The translations under genes and the position numbers were made by a program. The notes under the pieces are model-generated. The model was not told where the DNA came from and searched no databases. It saw only the letters and a list, made by a program, of their open reading frames with translations. From contig NMRA01000631.1 in the NCBI GenBank assembly GCA_002633005.1, positions 105,598 to 169,597 on the forward strand: 64,000 bases of DNA, in the 5' to 3' direction. Shown here in pieces: positions 39,828-52,300 of the stretch. The first letter of the stretch is position 1; each line of letters opens with the position of its first letter. The DNA comes from Phoronis australis. Lineage: Eukaryota > Animalia > Phoronida.

Positions 39828-42800
39828 TAAATCGTTACCTTAGACTTTATTTGTAAGTTTGTAATCTTTTTGTCTCAAATTATCGCTGATAAAACATTTT
39901 TTGTAAGCTTTTTGTAGCGCACGATTTTCCGCCATGCGATCAACTTTCGAAAAAGTACCTCTTGTTCCTCCTATCCAAAAGAGCACTATACTCTCAAATA
40001 CAAACATGAAATTTGGACAGGATGTAGTTTAGATGCGTGCGCATCTCCGCAAGTTGTTTTCTCGAAGTCAAGGCCAAGTTTTCATGGCGAGTTTTCGATC
40101 GTCCGGAAGGCCTAATTTTGGTCGGTCGGGAGATTGATGTTTTTCCAGTTGCGCAACATGCCCCCCCGATTTTTAGATGAGGAATTTATCACTCTTTTAA
40201 TTGGTAATTATTTCATTTTCAGAAATTCTGTCAAATTGCTACGCATTGGCACTTTTCAAACAGCAGTCATTAGTTCACTAAGTCGCCGCATCTCAGCGCC
40301 ACCAGCGGCTACGTTGAAGTTCAATGGCATCGCAACTTCACCGTTCGAAATAAAGTTGTTACTAAGTTTTTGTTGCGTAAATGATGAAATCCTTCATGTC
40401 AAGAGTGATTTGTTTTCCCAAATGGTCTTTTGTCTACTTTTTGATGTTTTTTGCCATAATACGATCTAATAGTACATGGGTGGCACCCAACACTGAAAAA
40501 AGTGGGGGAGCTATAGCCTCCCCCAGCCCCCTGTCACTGTCAGGCAATGATGTGTTGCCCGTGTAGCAGTATTCAGGGGCAGATCTAGGGTTTTTAGATA
40601 GGAGGGGGGGGCGGCAGGGCAGAGTATTATGCAGGATTTTACCCGTAAGATATTTGCACTCTCAAACTGCCAAATGAAATATGGGAGTTTTAGGGGGGCC
40701 ACGGGCCAGGCCCCCTTGCCCCCCCCAAATCCACCAATATGATCTTGTGATTTGATGTGAAATTTCCTCCTAGCTCAGATGTATTTATTTCTGAGCTGAT
40801 GTGGTGTCTTTGCTCTTTACCTTTTAAGCTGTGTAATCCATTGTTTTCATCGAACATGATGAGCCTGTTCTATATGCTATAACAACACACTTAAACAGCA
40901 ATATCTCTGTAGAAATCGATCCAAAATTTATGTAATACACACCACCATGTTTGTCTCAATGAGACGAATCTTTTTATATGCAGCACATGTATATTCTTTT
41001 ATTTTTTACGAAATTAGGTAAAAAGGCAGATATTTTACGCATTATCGTCGCCTTTCAACGGCCATTTTCTCGTCAACCGCTCATCCAATTTTTCTGATTT
41101 TTGCACCATTTCATTTCTCACACCAAGGGCTTTTCAAAAATGTATGACACATGGGTATTGTATAAAAAATTAAAAAACGTCCTCCCAGTGACAGGACATT
41201 TTTGCCCCTGAAGCTAAGTTGAACAAGTGATGTTTTAAAAAGAGAGCACCTTATTACCTTGAAAATGACAAAACACTTCAAGAATTACTATGGCTTAGTG
41301 AACATGTTTCTTTTGCTCCAAAAGATTTCGAGATAATTCTAAAAATGAAATTTGCATAACAAATGAATTCAAAATGAGCAAAAACCAGAAAACTAGTCTT
41401 TTTCAGAGTATTTGTTATTTATTTAAAAACCTGTGAGGTTATGTAAATTAATCTTTTTTTCCCAAGTAAGATCAATGTTTTCACAATCTTAAGTTGCACA
41501 CCAAATGACAAAAAATGATAGTATGCATTTTTAATTAAACAAAATTAAATTGGACCCTAAAATTTCAACGAATTTAAATCATTTTTATTCCTATCAAATA
41601 ATATAGAAACTGAGAGGTGTTGTGTTGGTGACTATCCAAAAAGAGCATATTTGTATTCTAAAATGTTTTGATGCACTGCAGCGTTGACTGAACATTTATT
41701 TTGGTGAAATATGTAATTTTCTAAAAATGAAACTGATCACAGCGCCCCCACGAGGTAGTAAAAGTGTAACAAAAAATATTTTTGAAGAAAATAGAAAGTA
41801 AATGACTCTATACCCAAAATTGAAGTAAATTAAATTTTAAAAGGATTCTATATTATTTAATGAAAATATTTTACCAGGTTTGGGCCACTTTTTGTAATTT
41901 AGAGAAGTTTTGACTGGTTCTGTTGAATATATTCAAAGACGCTAACAAGACTTTTCACCAAGGCCGCCGCCATTATTGTGTCATGGACCGTGGCGACACC
42001 TAGCGGGTGTGTGTGGGCCGACGAAGTACGCAAGGCATTCACTATGGCCGATCTTAGTTTGTCAAATTCAAAATTGTCAGTGAAGTGTCTGTTTAAAATA
42101 TTGAAAACAAAAAACACGAGCACTGTAATGGAAAAATACACATAGGCAAAATATAGAGTAAACCAAGAAAAAATTTGGGCAGCAAAGGTAATATAAATTA
42201 CGAGAAATAAATCATAAGCAAGAGGGAGACTCAGTAATAAGAGCTGAGCAGATGAAAATAGGTTATTGGAGAATGTGCAAGTACGGAACCTGTAGGATTT
42301 TGTCCCGGGGGGTCAGGAATGTAATAAACATCAAATGGATCTGCTGAAGAAGAGATAGTAGTGGGGGGTGCCCCTCAACCAATTGAAAGGTTAGGGGCAG
42401 AGCTAGCTTTCTACCCCCAATAATCCAGGTGTTAATATCAATTAATTAACAATTAATTATGTAAGCTTTTAACACACAAACTTTGTTTTAAAATAAAATG
42501 GAGAAATTAGTAGGTCTTTCTTTCGAAAATTCACATCTTAAAGACGTTCTAGATTCAAGCAGTTGTGTCTGTGCCCATTTACATGAAACTGTCCCAAATA
42601 TCGACCCAACAGGGTCATATCCAGGATTTTTTAAAGGGGGGGTCGGATAATGACTTTTTTAAGAAATGTGGCCCAAGTCAACAATTTGAAAATTCTAGCA
42701 TTGATATCACTACAATCAAGGAAAATGGGGGGTCCAGACCACTTTGACCTGCCACCCTGGATCTGCCTGTACTCAACTGAGTTGGTAAATCTTTTAGGCA

Positions 42801-44563
42801 TTTTTTTGTTCTTTGCTCACAGTTTTTATATTTTTCTATCATTTTATCTTTATTATGGACTCCTCTTTTGACTTATGTTTTATAATAATATAACTAAAAA
42901 CTGAGCTCTTAATTCAGTCAAAACATTTAGGGACTTAGTCCTTAAATTAGGTGCATTGCATGAAATGATCCCTACTTATTTTCAATCATTGAGAATTCAA
43001 CGTAGAAAACTCCCAAAAACGTAGTAGTTTTAGGCAACAGTGGAGTCGCTACTTGGGACTGATTCACTGGACTCCAAGCATCCGTGCCCGATGGTATCTG
43101 AAATGGGAAGCGCATTGGGGTGGGTTGTGGTGAATGAAACTGGAGGCAAGAGGGGTACGGGTTCCAAACCTGCAAGAGGTGGAATTCCTGCCTGAAGTCC
43201 AGTAAACCTGCCTGAATGCCCCCATAAAACAGCCAAGATGCCTATTGAATATGCAATCCATTTTGGATATTTTTTACTAAGCTTTCCAGCTCTCATAAAT
43301 CACTCGCATTTTTAAATCAACTATCAGCAGTTAGTTAAAGGCATATTCAGCCTGCGTTGGCAGGCCAACTTCATAGTAAATAACATAACGACGCCTTATT
43401 TCTTGACTTGATGTTTTAAAACCCATGTCAAAACAAAAATCTAAACAAACAACATCGTCACTGAAGTGTAACAAGTTTCCAAGGTAATACACATACCACC
43501 GAAGTGTCCACAGATGTATGGCTCAATGTGCCTTTAAAAGAACACTTCCTTCACCACTTCCTATGGCAAATAATCAAGTAGGTTACCAAACCATAAACAT
43601 AATAGTTATTATGCACTGAAGTACATATCATGATCATATTATACAGATTATTGATCAACGACAGCCAGGATGTTGACTGTATGGGATCACAAGAAATAAT
43701 TTAAATAAGTAATAGCAAATAAACAATAATAAATAATCAAGAATAGCAATAAAAATAAATATATGATAAAAACAATAACAAAATTAGTAAATAATAGTAA
43801 GTATAATTATCTTTTAGATCTGAATGTATTGAGACTGCAGAACGAAATGAAAAAAGTAATTAGAAGCATCAATGGGCATAGAATAAACTAATCAGTAGTT
43901 TCCAAAATCATGCAAACAATTTATGACAATTTTCTATATCAGCAATCAAATGCAGGAAACAGTAAAGACACCCAGTCCATCACTGAATGACTGGCAAGAG
44001 ATTCACGCAGAAATATCCTCTGTTTCAATCATGAACATCACCTATCTTAATCATTGAGGAAGCAAAAAAGCATGAGTCACGAATTTTCAATTAACTGTTG
44101 CTGCAGCCGTAGGCAGTGCAAAAAGCACCATTGCTTTTTTACTGACGGGAGCCGTGATATCTTGCCACATTTGTTTATTGCACGCACACTCGCTAGACGT
44201 GTCTACAGTCCATGAAACAACAATGTCCACCAGTGGCCGTCCGATGGGATTTCGCTAGGTGGACTGTCTCCCTATCTACGGTCTCTGATAGTAGCACCAA
44301 AGATGCTGAAGTTAATGGCGCCATGCCTAATCCGACAGCACCACTGACAATTCCCTCTACAGTCACGGGCACAATAGGGACCGCTGGGTGCAGACTTTTC
44401 GGCATCCCCACTTGACTTACTTTCTCATGCAAGTCAACAACTTTCTGAAATGAATGAATACAAAAATACATTTACACATGTTAACTACCTACAACTGTCT
44501 ACTTGTCCACACCCAGATTTTTAACAAACAGCCTGGCTCAAGACTCATCCTCTGATTTTCAGC

Positions 44564-44704
44564 AGTCCGCTTTTTTATAACTATAGTAAGTAGAGAGGTT
44601 AGCTTCAAGTAGCAATACAATAGATATAACAACATAGTCCGCTTTTTTATAACTATAGTAAGTAGAGAGGTGAGCTTCAGGTAGCAATACAATAGGTATA
44701 ACAA
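44564..44704. repeat. Tandem duplication, 72-bp period
   Basis: agtccgctttttt..agtagagagg..gtagcaatacaatag occurs twice. Confidence 0.85.
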
Positions 44705-45115
44705 AACCATCAGTCATGGAGGATGAAATTATGGTCATTATCAATTATGTCCTATTACCTCACCTAAGAGCTTTACTAAAGCAGCACTGCATGGTGCTCA
44801 GCAGATGGGGGTGTTTCACTGGGCTCACTCGTGGCGTAGCTGTGATCTATTGGCTGGAAAAATATCATTTATATTATAACAAATACAACATGCAGGAAAA
44901 ATATGTGGCATCAGCAATATTCTCTATAATGCAGCGTCACTCACTCTTTCCCATTATTGCAGCTAAGTAATAACCCTTCGGAGTAATGTTGCTTTGGAAT
45001 AACACCTGATTGATATATTTTTCAAGTAATGACCCTTCGGACTATAGGTCCTTCAAAGTACAATGAATGCCCATCACAGTAAAGACCTAACTAAACCCAT
45101 ACTAGTCTACTGGAC

Positions 45116-45261
45116 CAGTGCTGTAGTGGGGCGTAGGCGCAGCCAACCACCTTTTGGCATTTGAAAGTAGCGCCTACGCACCGTAAGTTACGTTCAGTGC
45201 TCAATGTGATACGGTGGGCTTTAGGCACCTACTTACCTCTAATTTTACCTCTACAGCACTG
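45116..45261. mobile_element. hAT-type MITE
   Basis: TIRs cagtgctgtag / ctacagcactg; 8-bp flanks tactggac / tactggaa (7 of 8 match). Confidence 0.7.
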
Positions 45262-46727
45262 TACTGGAACAAGTTAACATCACAGCATTTCTCCTTAGCA
45301 GGTCCTCACACTTGCTGTTTATCACCTATCTCTTGGATCTGAATGTATAAACACTGAAGTGAATTGAAGAAGTGAAAGAAATTACAGTTTAGAGCCAATC
45401 ATAGAATAGAAACACAAGTTATCAGTAGGCCCTAAGTCATGAAACACATGCAGGACAATTTCGGTTATAGTTTGATAGGTGGGTCCCACACTCAAAATTC
45501 ATTTGAGAACCAGTTACTACTACTGAATAACGGGCGTAATTCATTGGGAGTAACTCAGTAACTGGCTCTAAAATCAAGTACTAGTACCCATCATCCCGGC
45601 CATATGTAACGGATTACCACAATTTTGCTTTGAGTAATCAAATAAAACCTTGAAACTTAAAGGTAAGACAAGTTCAAATCACTCTGCCAACATCAATGGT
45701 TCACAGGCAGCATTTTCACAAAAAGAATTCTTTGTATCACTCGTATATCTCACCTGTCTTTATCAGTAGTGGGGAGTGCAAGTCCCGGTTTTTCTGAAGC
45801 GCAAAAAGCTCTTCTGATCCTCTTTTTAGGGACTGCAGCCGGCATATCTTGTTTTGAAGTTACTTGACACAGCACTACCCTCAGAGGTATTAACTATGGG
45901 AAATCTATATGAACTACATGATCAGATAAAATATCTCGTCTCTGTGACCGCTGACCACGAGTATCAGCCATATTCCTTTTTTCCCCACACACACACCCGC
46001 CAGACGTCTCTACGGTCCATGGAACAACAATGGCCGCCAGTGGCCGTCCAATAGGATTTTGCTAGGTGAAACGTCTCCCTCTCTACGGTCTCTGATATAT
46101 TTAACCAATCAGGTTCGAGTTTAGTTTGAACCCTGGAAAGGTCAACATGGTTCTTGAAAAATGACTGAAGTTACCTTTTTAGAAGTGTTCCTAAATGGAA
46201 ATGGTGAGATAAAGTGAAAAAATTTGATCGGGAATGGATTAGGACATGATAAGTGATTATGACATTGAGTGTACACTTTCAGGATTTTTCCAGGTGAGAG
46301 AGTGGCGAGGCAGTAAATTGAAAAAAGTACATTTTCTCATATTTTTGTCAAAAAAATAAAAAGTGTACACTCAGGGTTGAAAGCAGAATTTTGTACCAAA
46401 CAGTTTGATATAAATATCATTAAAATCGGTTCGGTAACAGCCATTTAACAGCTGAAAGTTTGACCCCTACTGAAAGTCACAAGAATTTGCAGGCGAGTGA
46501 AAAATTTGTGAAGTGCTCGCTTTACTTCAATTTTTAAAAATACTCATTAATGCCCAAAGTTTTTGTAATGGATATCAATAGAAAGAAGAAAAATTAAATA
46601 TTTCACTGGCATACTTTTCATTTTTCACCACTTAGTATGCTAGTAGATATGAGCTTGTGAAAATCATGAAAAATGGCAAAATTTCGCTCTTGCTGAATTT
46701 CCGCCATATTGGTTTGCTCACCCTATC

Positions 46728-47003
46728 TATAGTAACGCGGCCTATAATTCATGAGATACAGCCAACTTACCTAACTTCTTGTCCGGACTCTACATCTGTG
46801 TCCCACTTTTAAGAGTGCCTCTCCTTACACTATCAAGAGCGTCTATCTTTCACCACACCCTGGCATAGACTCCCCGATTTTTCCCCTCGTGCCCAGAGTC
46901 ACGTGACCTATCACTGGCTCACTATGTCAACACCACACACACAGAGGCGAACAAAGACAACACCACATGACGCCACACAACGAGAGAATACACGTTCACG
47001 ACA
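46728..47003 (-). repeat. gypsy 3' LTR (276 bp)
   Basis: Minus strand tgtcgtg...gttactata, directly after the polypurine tract ggaagggggga(g). Confidence 0.93.
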
Positions 47004-47553
47004 CTCCCCCCTTCCTAAAAAGAATAGGCATAACTTTAATTCCTAACATCCCCAAACAAATGTTAGAAGACCAACAGTCGTACCAAATGTAACAAAAAGA
47101 AACATCAAGTAGTTTCGCAGAAAGAAAGAAAAAATAAAATAACTTACTCAAAAAAAATTACATTTGATGTGACGTTAGTAGCACTCCACAACTAAGCCTT
47201 CCCTCCCAAAAGAAAATTATCCTAAACATAGTGGCCTGAAGAACAATGACTAAAAACAAAACCTATTGACTTTAAAAAGAAAAGGGCACTCAATGAAAAG
47301 GAAAAACCAAAAAAAAAACACCCCAAAAACCCGTCCCCTTACTCTCAAGTAAGAACTTAATACACAAAAACAACAAAAAACAAAAAAGAAACAACTAATA
47401 TAATCCCCAAGAAGTCCGAACAGACGAGACGGAAATGCCCCTAAATATAAAATAAAGAGGCATAAACAAAAAAAAATATATATATATATATAAAAAACAG
47501 AAAGGGAAAAAAAACTATTTCTATAATATCTCATATACCACCCTCAAGCCCCT

Positions 47554-48386
47554 CTATAATCGGTATAAGCTTCGTCCATTACGAACGCTCTCGTCCAGAA
47601 CCACCTCAGTGGACACCCCCCTTAGCTTTGCCACAACTTCCGCGACCTCCCCTATAAACTGAGGGTAATTAGGATTAGTATTTACCGGAAGGTGAGGGGA
47701 ATCGGTTTCCAACAACAACCGCTGCAGAGGAACCGTGTCTAACGCTGCAACCTGCAAGCGGTTGTACCTGCATATCAAACCTGAAAAGCCAAAATAACGA
47801 AGGAAATTCTTCACAGAAGTCGCGCACGACATTTGTATTTCCAACAGAGGTGTGTAGGTGCATACGAATACTCTGCGGAGCATGACGCCGCAAAATCTCA
47901 CGGAGTGTAGCAAAACCCCAATCATAATGAACATCATGCTTGACACCTTCCTACGATATTCAGTTTCTTTCTTTTCCAGCTGACAAAAATGAATTATCAA
48001 ATCTTCTAATGCACGCGCCTGCCATACCTCGTCCCTACCTTGTTCCAATCCGACTTCCCCAAGCCCTGCTACCTTTGGTTCTGACAGCAACCCCAACATA
48101 ACTTCCCGCGCACGGAAATCCAATTTGGAGAGCTGTTTAGGATGGATGCCTACGACTGCCTTCCATCCTGCAGGAAGCTGCTTCAAATAGGCACCCAGGT
48201 CAATGCGGATGTCATGTGCATCGCAAAAAACAACGATCCCCCACAGAGGGTCACTGGCACCGTCGGTTGCCTGCTTATATCCGCCGCCAGGAGTTCTGGT
48301 ACTGACAGCCATCTGTCCACTGTCCGTACGCCCGTTTTCTCACGATGGGCCACAGATAACCTATTAATGTGGAAATGCGAGTCCAA
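47554..48386 (-). pseudogene. TatD-family metal-dependent nuclease domain carried inside the LTR element (frameshifted)
   Basis: Motifs in TatD order across three frames: LDSHFH (48386), VGIHP, GLGEVGL, MHLHTSVG, YFGFSG, VPLQRLLLETDSP, VAEVVAKLRGVS..V..N..LY. Confidence 0.88.
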
Positions 48387-49336
48387 AGCCTGAGGATTCG
48401 CTTTTACTTTGCGTGGAGTTGAAATCGCAGTAGGTGCCCCCCCGGCCTAGACGAACACTCTGCAACTACCTGAGCAAAAGTGGTGAACGATGTAGTCACA
48501 GGCCCCGTTGTTAACGGTGCATTCACCGGTCCGTTCGTAGGAGTCGACGCAACGTCTACCCCAGTAGATGTCTGATGCAGTGGCGCCGCTAAAGGAATAA
48601 ATGGTACTTCCTGCATTTCGGTAGATTCGGACTCCTCATCACACCAACGGATCCACTCAGAGCGAAGGGCCTCCGACACGCGTGCCATCATCCCCAAAAT
48701 AATATACCAGAGGAACACACATGCTGGATTCTCTAAGCGACCATCCGGTGCGATAAAACGAGATGGTATCGGCCATCCCATCACACGGCATGTTAAGAAC
48801 ATCGACACCTCGTCCACCAACAACACAGATGGTATACATGGCAAACTGCGCACGATCAACCCCCCATATCCATCAAATCGCTGTATGACACCAATTCCCT
48901 ACCCTCTATGTAAGAAAACAGGCGAAGAATCGCCCAAGCGCGACGACGCTGTAACCCCGGAAACGCAAGTATGTGAATAGATGATATATTGAATATTTTC
49001 GGAAGATGTAATAGGGCGTGTGCCCGAAACCCGGCCTCCGACCCCGTAAAAGGACATAACGGGCACGAAAAGGAGGGAGATGGAAGACCCGCAGAACTTA
49101 CCGAACTCTGACTAGATTCTCGCAGGACTAACTGGCGTTTTAATCGATGACTGTGTTTCGTCTACAGCCGCAACTGTACAATCTGTTCACCTTGGCATTC
49201 AGTTGACTTACCCACTACTGACTCTGCATCCATAGGAACTACCTCAACAGCCCCGGACTCACCTTCGTTGAAGGTCGCTATTGGAAGATCTCTGGGTTTG
49301 TTCGCAAACGAACATCTGAACACGCGAACTGGACAT
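48387..49336 (-). pseudogene. N-terminal part of the extra ORF: C2H2-like finger plus unknown domain and linker leading into TatD
   Basis: CPLCPFTGSEAGFRAHALLHLP (~49065-49000); the reading continues through single-base shifts at the G runs 48860-48865 and 48436-48443 into the DSHFH frame; one in-frame TAG at 49162-49164. Confidence 0.6.
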
Positions 49337-49380
49337 CTACAACAAAAACATGGTTATGTAATTATTACATCATAATGATG

Positions 49381-52300
49381 TTATGGCTTACACCAATAAG
49401 TGTCAATTTCCCGTGCATCAGTAGCGGTAATATCAACACATTCCCCATGAAGCCAGTCATCACAAGATTCGCACTGAATCATGAGCCCCCCTGTGATCGG
49501 GCTTGCGACAAATGCGAAAAAGTTCCGGATCCCTATTCCCGGTATTGGTGTTGATGACATTTCCAGCAGAAATGACTCTTTTTAACCAATCAGGCAATTC
49601 AGTATATTGCGTTGTACATAATTTTATTCTGTCATGATGAACTACCGAAACTGAATTCTTAACTCTTACCCGGTACAACGCTGGAGTTAAGACTTCCGTA
49701 ATAATATCCAGCCCCTTCCACGGAGGAGATAATTTTTTACATTTTCCTTTCACAGTTGCCGAGTCAAAGATATACACGAGATCACCCAGATGAAACACGC
49801 GCTTAAACACTGAAAGATCATAGTCACGTTTCATCAAAGATTGACTAGTTTGAAGAAATTGATGCGCCGTTTCATGAGCCTTGCTTATTGCCCCTTGAAG
49901 TCTCCCGACATAATCACCAGATGGTTGATTATTAACTGACGTGACCACCGGAAATATAAGATCTATCGGCTGATTTACTTCTCGTCCCAACATCATCATA
50001 TTTGGAGAGAAACCAGTATGTCGGTTGACTGATGAGCGAATCGCCCCAGCAATTTGCGGAATAAACATATCCCAGTCGTCTTGATAATCACTCACGTAAC
50101 ATCTCACCGCGTCCATGAGCGTGCGATTAAATCGCTCTACCTGTCCATTCGCAGACGGGCGGTATGGAGTTGTTCTTGACTTATTTATGTGCAGGAGGTC
50201 GCACAGTGACTTAAAAAGTTTGCTGTCGAAATTCCTTCCCTGATCTGAAAAAATATGAAACGGATATCCGAATCGTGTGAAGAACTCGTTGACCGCCGCA
50301 TGGGCCGTGACCTCGGCCGTTTGGGAAGGTAACGGAATGCACTCGACCCATTTGGTGAACTGATCAACGATCGTTAAAACATGTTCATTACCGCGGTTTG
50401 TCACAGGTAATGGCCCCAGGAAATCCACATGAACCCGTTCCATCGGCGCACCAGCATGATAACGAATCATCGGAAATTGACCATGTCTACTGCCCTGCTT
50501 GTTCTGATTGCAGGCCCCACAGGAACCTATGAATTGTTTGACATCTTTCGTCAAACCATACCAGAAATATTTTAATCTTATTTTTGACTTAGTCCGGAAA
50601 ATACCCTGATGGGCCGCCGATGGTATGATATGGCACATTTTCAGGACCTCCGATTTTAATTCTGTAGGAATTACCATTAAACCTCGGTCATCCTCCGGAC
50701 ACTTCCAAAACAACACATCACCTTGAATATAAAACCGATCTTTGTTTATCCAGTAAAACTTGTTGACGGACTAGACAGGAACAATTCGTGCTCTGTAGGA
50801 ACTACCTGTTCCTTTAACCAGTTGAAAACAAAAGTCATATCCACATCAGCTTTTTGTTTAGTTGGCAACTCAGCTTCATTAAGATACCCGCAGGAGTTTG
50901 AGCTGGTCGAGTTGTTGTTGACAACGCAAAATTCCGATTCAACAAAAACATTATCACTCGAATTTGAAAGATTTGGATTAACCACAGCCAATCCAAATTC
51001 CTGCTCTGCTAGATCATCAGGTATATACCGAGACAAATCCGACTCTTGACTTCCAACAGAAGCCGTAATTACCTGTCTCCCTGTACCAATACATTTATGT
51101 ACTTTTGTGACCACCACGCTACCAAGAGATGTTGAATCATCAACTTCTTGTGAAAACTATACCAGTCATTATGAGCTTTTTGACATTTTCCACAACCCCC
51201 GCGGGGAAGCTGTTCTGGAGAAACTCCCAGTTTATAGTTGCTGCAAATATCTACAGAAATACGGGAAAGTGCATCTGTATTAATATGCTTTATACCCGGC
51301 CGATACTCTATCTTCATACCCGGAAATTGTTGCAGCTGCAGAATCCAACGCGCTATCTGACCACTTGGAGATTTAAAATTCAACTACCATGTTAAGCTGT
51401 TATGATCCGTCCGCACGCGGAAATTCCGACCCAGCAAATAATGTCGATATTGAGTAAAACGAACCACAGCCATTAATTCCTTCCTAGTCGTGCAATATCG
51501 CTTTTGCTCATCCACCAACGCAAAACTCGAATATGAGATAACCTTTTCCTCGCCATTCTGAACTTGCGACAAACAAGCACCAATTGCAAGATCAGAAGCG
51601 TCACAGTCGAGGATAAATTCATCATAATTATTGGGTAACGACAGTACGGGTGGCGATGTTAAAGCCACCTTAAGCTCTTCAAAAGCTAATTGCTGCTTCT
51701 CCACCCACGCAAAGGGAGAGGACCCAGTGACTTCGTAAAGTGGCATCGCAATGCGAGCAAAATCCTTGATAAAAAGACGATGATAATTTTCGAAAAAAAG
51801 GAAAACTCTGACACTGTTTTTTACTTCTTGGAACAGGCCAGGTTTTTACCTTGTCAATATTATCTTGACCCATTTCTGACCCCTCAGGGCCCACCCATCG
51901 TCCTAAGAAATCAACGCGTTTTTGAAACAATAAACATTTCTTGGGTTTCAATCTCATTTGATATTTCCTAAAACGATCAAAAACCTCCCGCAGGTTGTTT
52001 AAATTCACGTCAAAACTAGAACCCAAGACCAAAATGTCGTCGAGAAAAGCAAGAACTGTGTGCCAGTTTAGCCCCGCAGAACTAAACTCATTGCCCGTGA
52101 AAGGGTTGAGGGAGCCCCACAGAGCCCAAAAGGCATTGACTTGAACTCGAAAAGACCATATTTAGTTATGAAAGCCATTTTCTTACGGTCTTCTTCGCGT
52201 ATTTTGATTTGCCAGTACGCCGAATTAGCATCTAATTTGCTAAACCACACATTACCTGCAAGTAAATCAATGCACTTGTCTATCAATGGTAAAGGCCAGG

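Noticed and set aside
43030-43296. ORF with a hydrophobic N-terminus as candidate APMAP exon 1
   Set aside because: No APMAP motifs follow the hydrophobic stretch, no convincing donor site, and the intermediate exons are absent.
44234-44258. GRPMGFR reading similar to the APMAP GRPLGIR motif
   Set aside because: Wrong strand relative to APMAP and immediately followed by a stop.
47250-47534. Phe-rich hydrophobic ORF as a possible env or transmembrane protein
   Set aside because: Translation of the low-complexity T-rich 3' UTR of the gypsy element.
47554-48386. TatD as a host TATDN gene or bacterial contamination
   Set aside because: Intronless, co-oriented with pol, enclosed by the PPT and LTR, and decayed like the rest of the element; no bacterial gene context.
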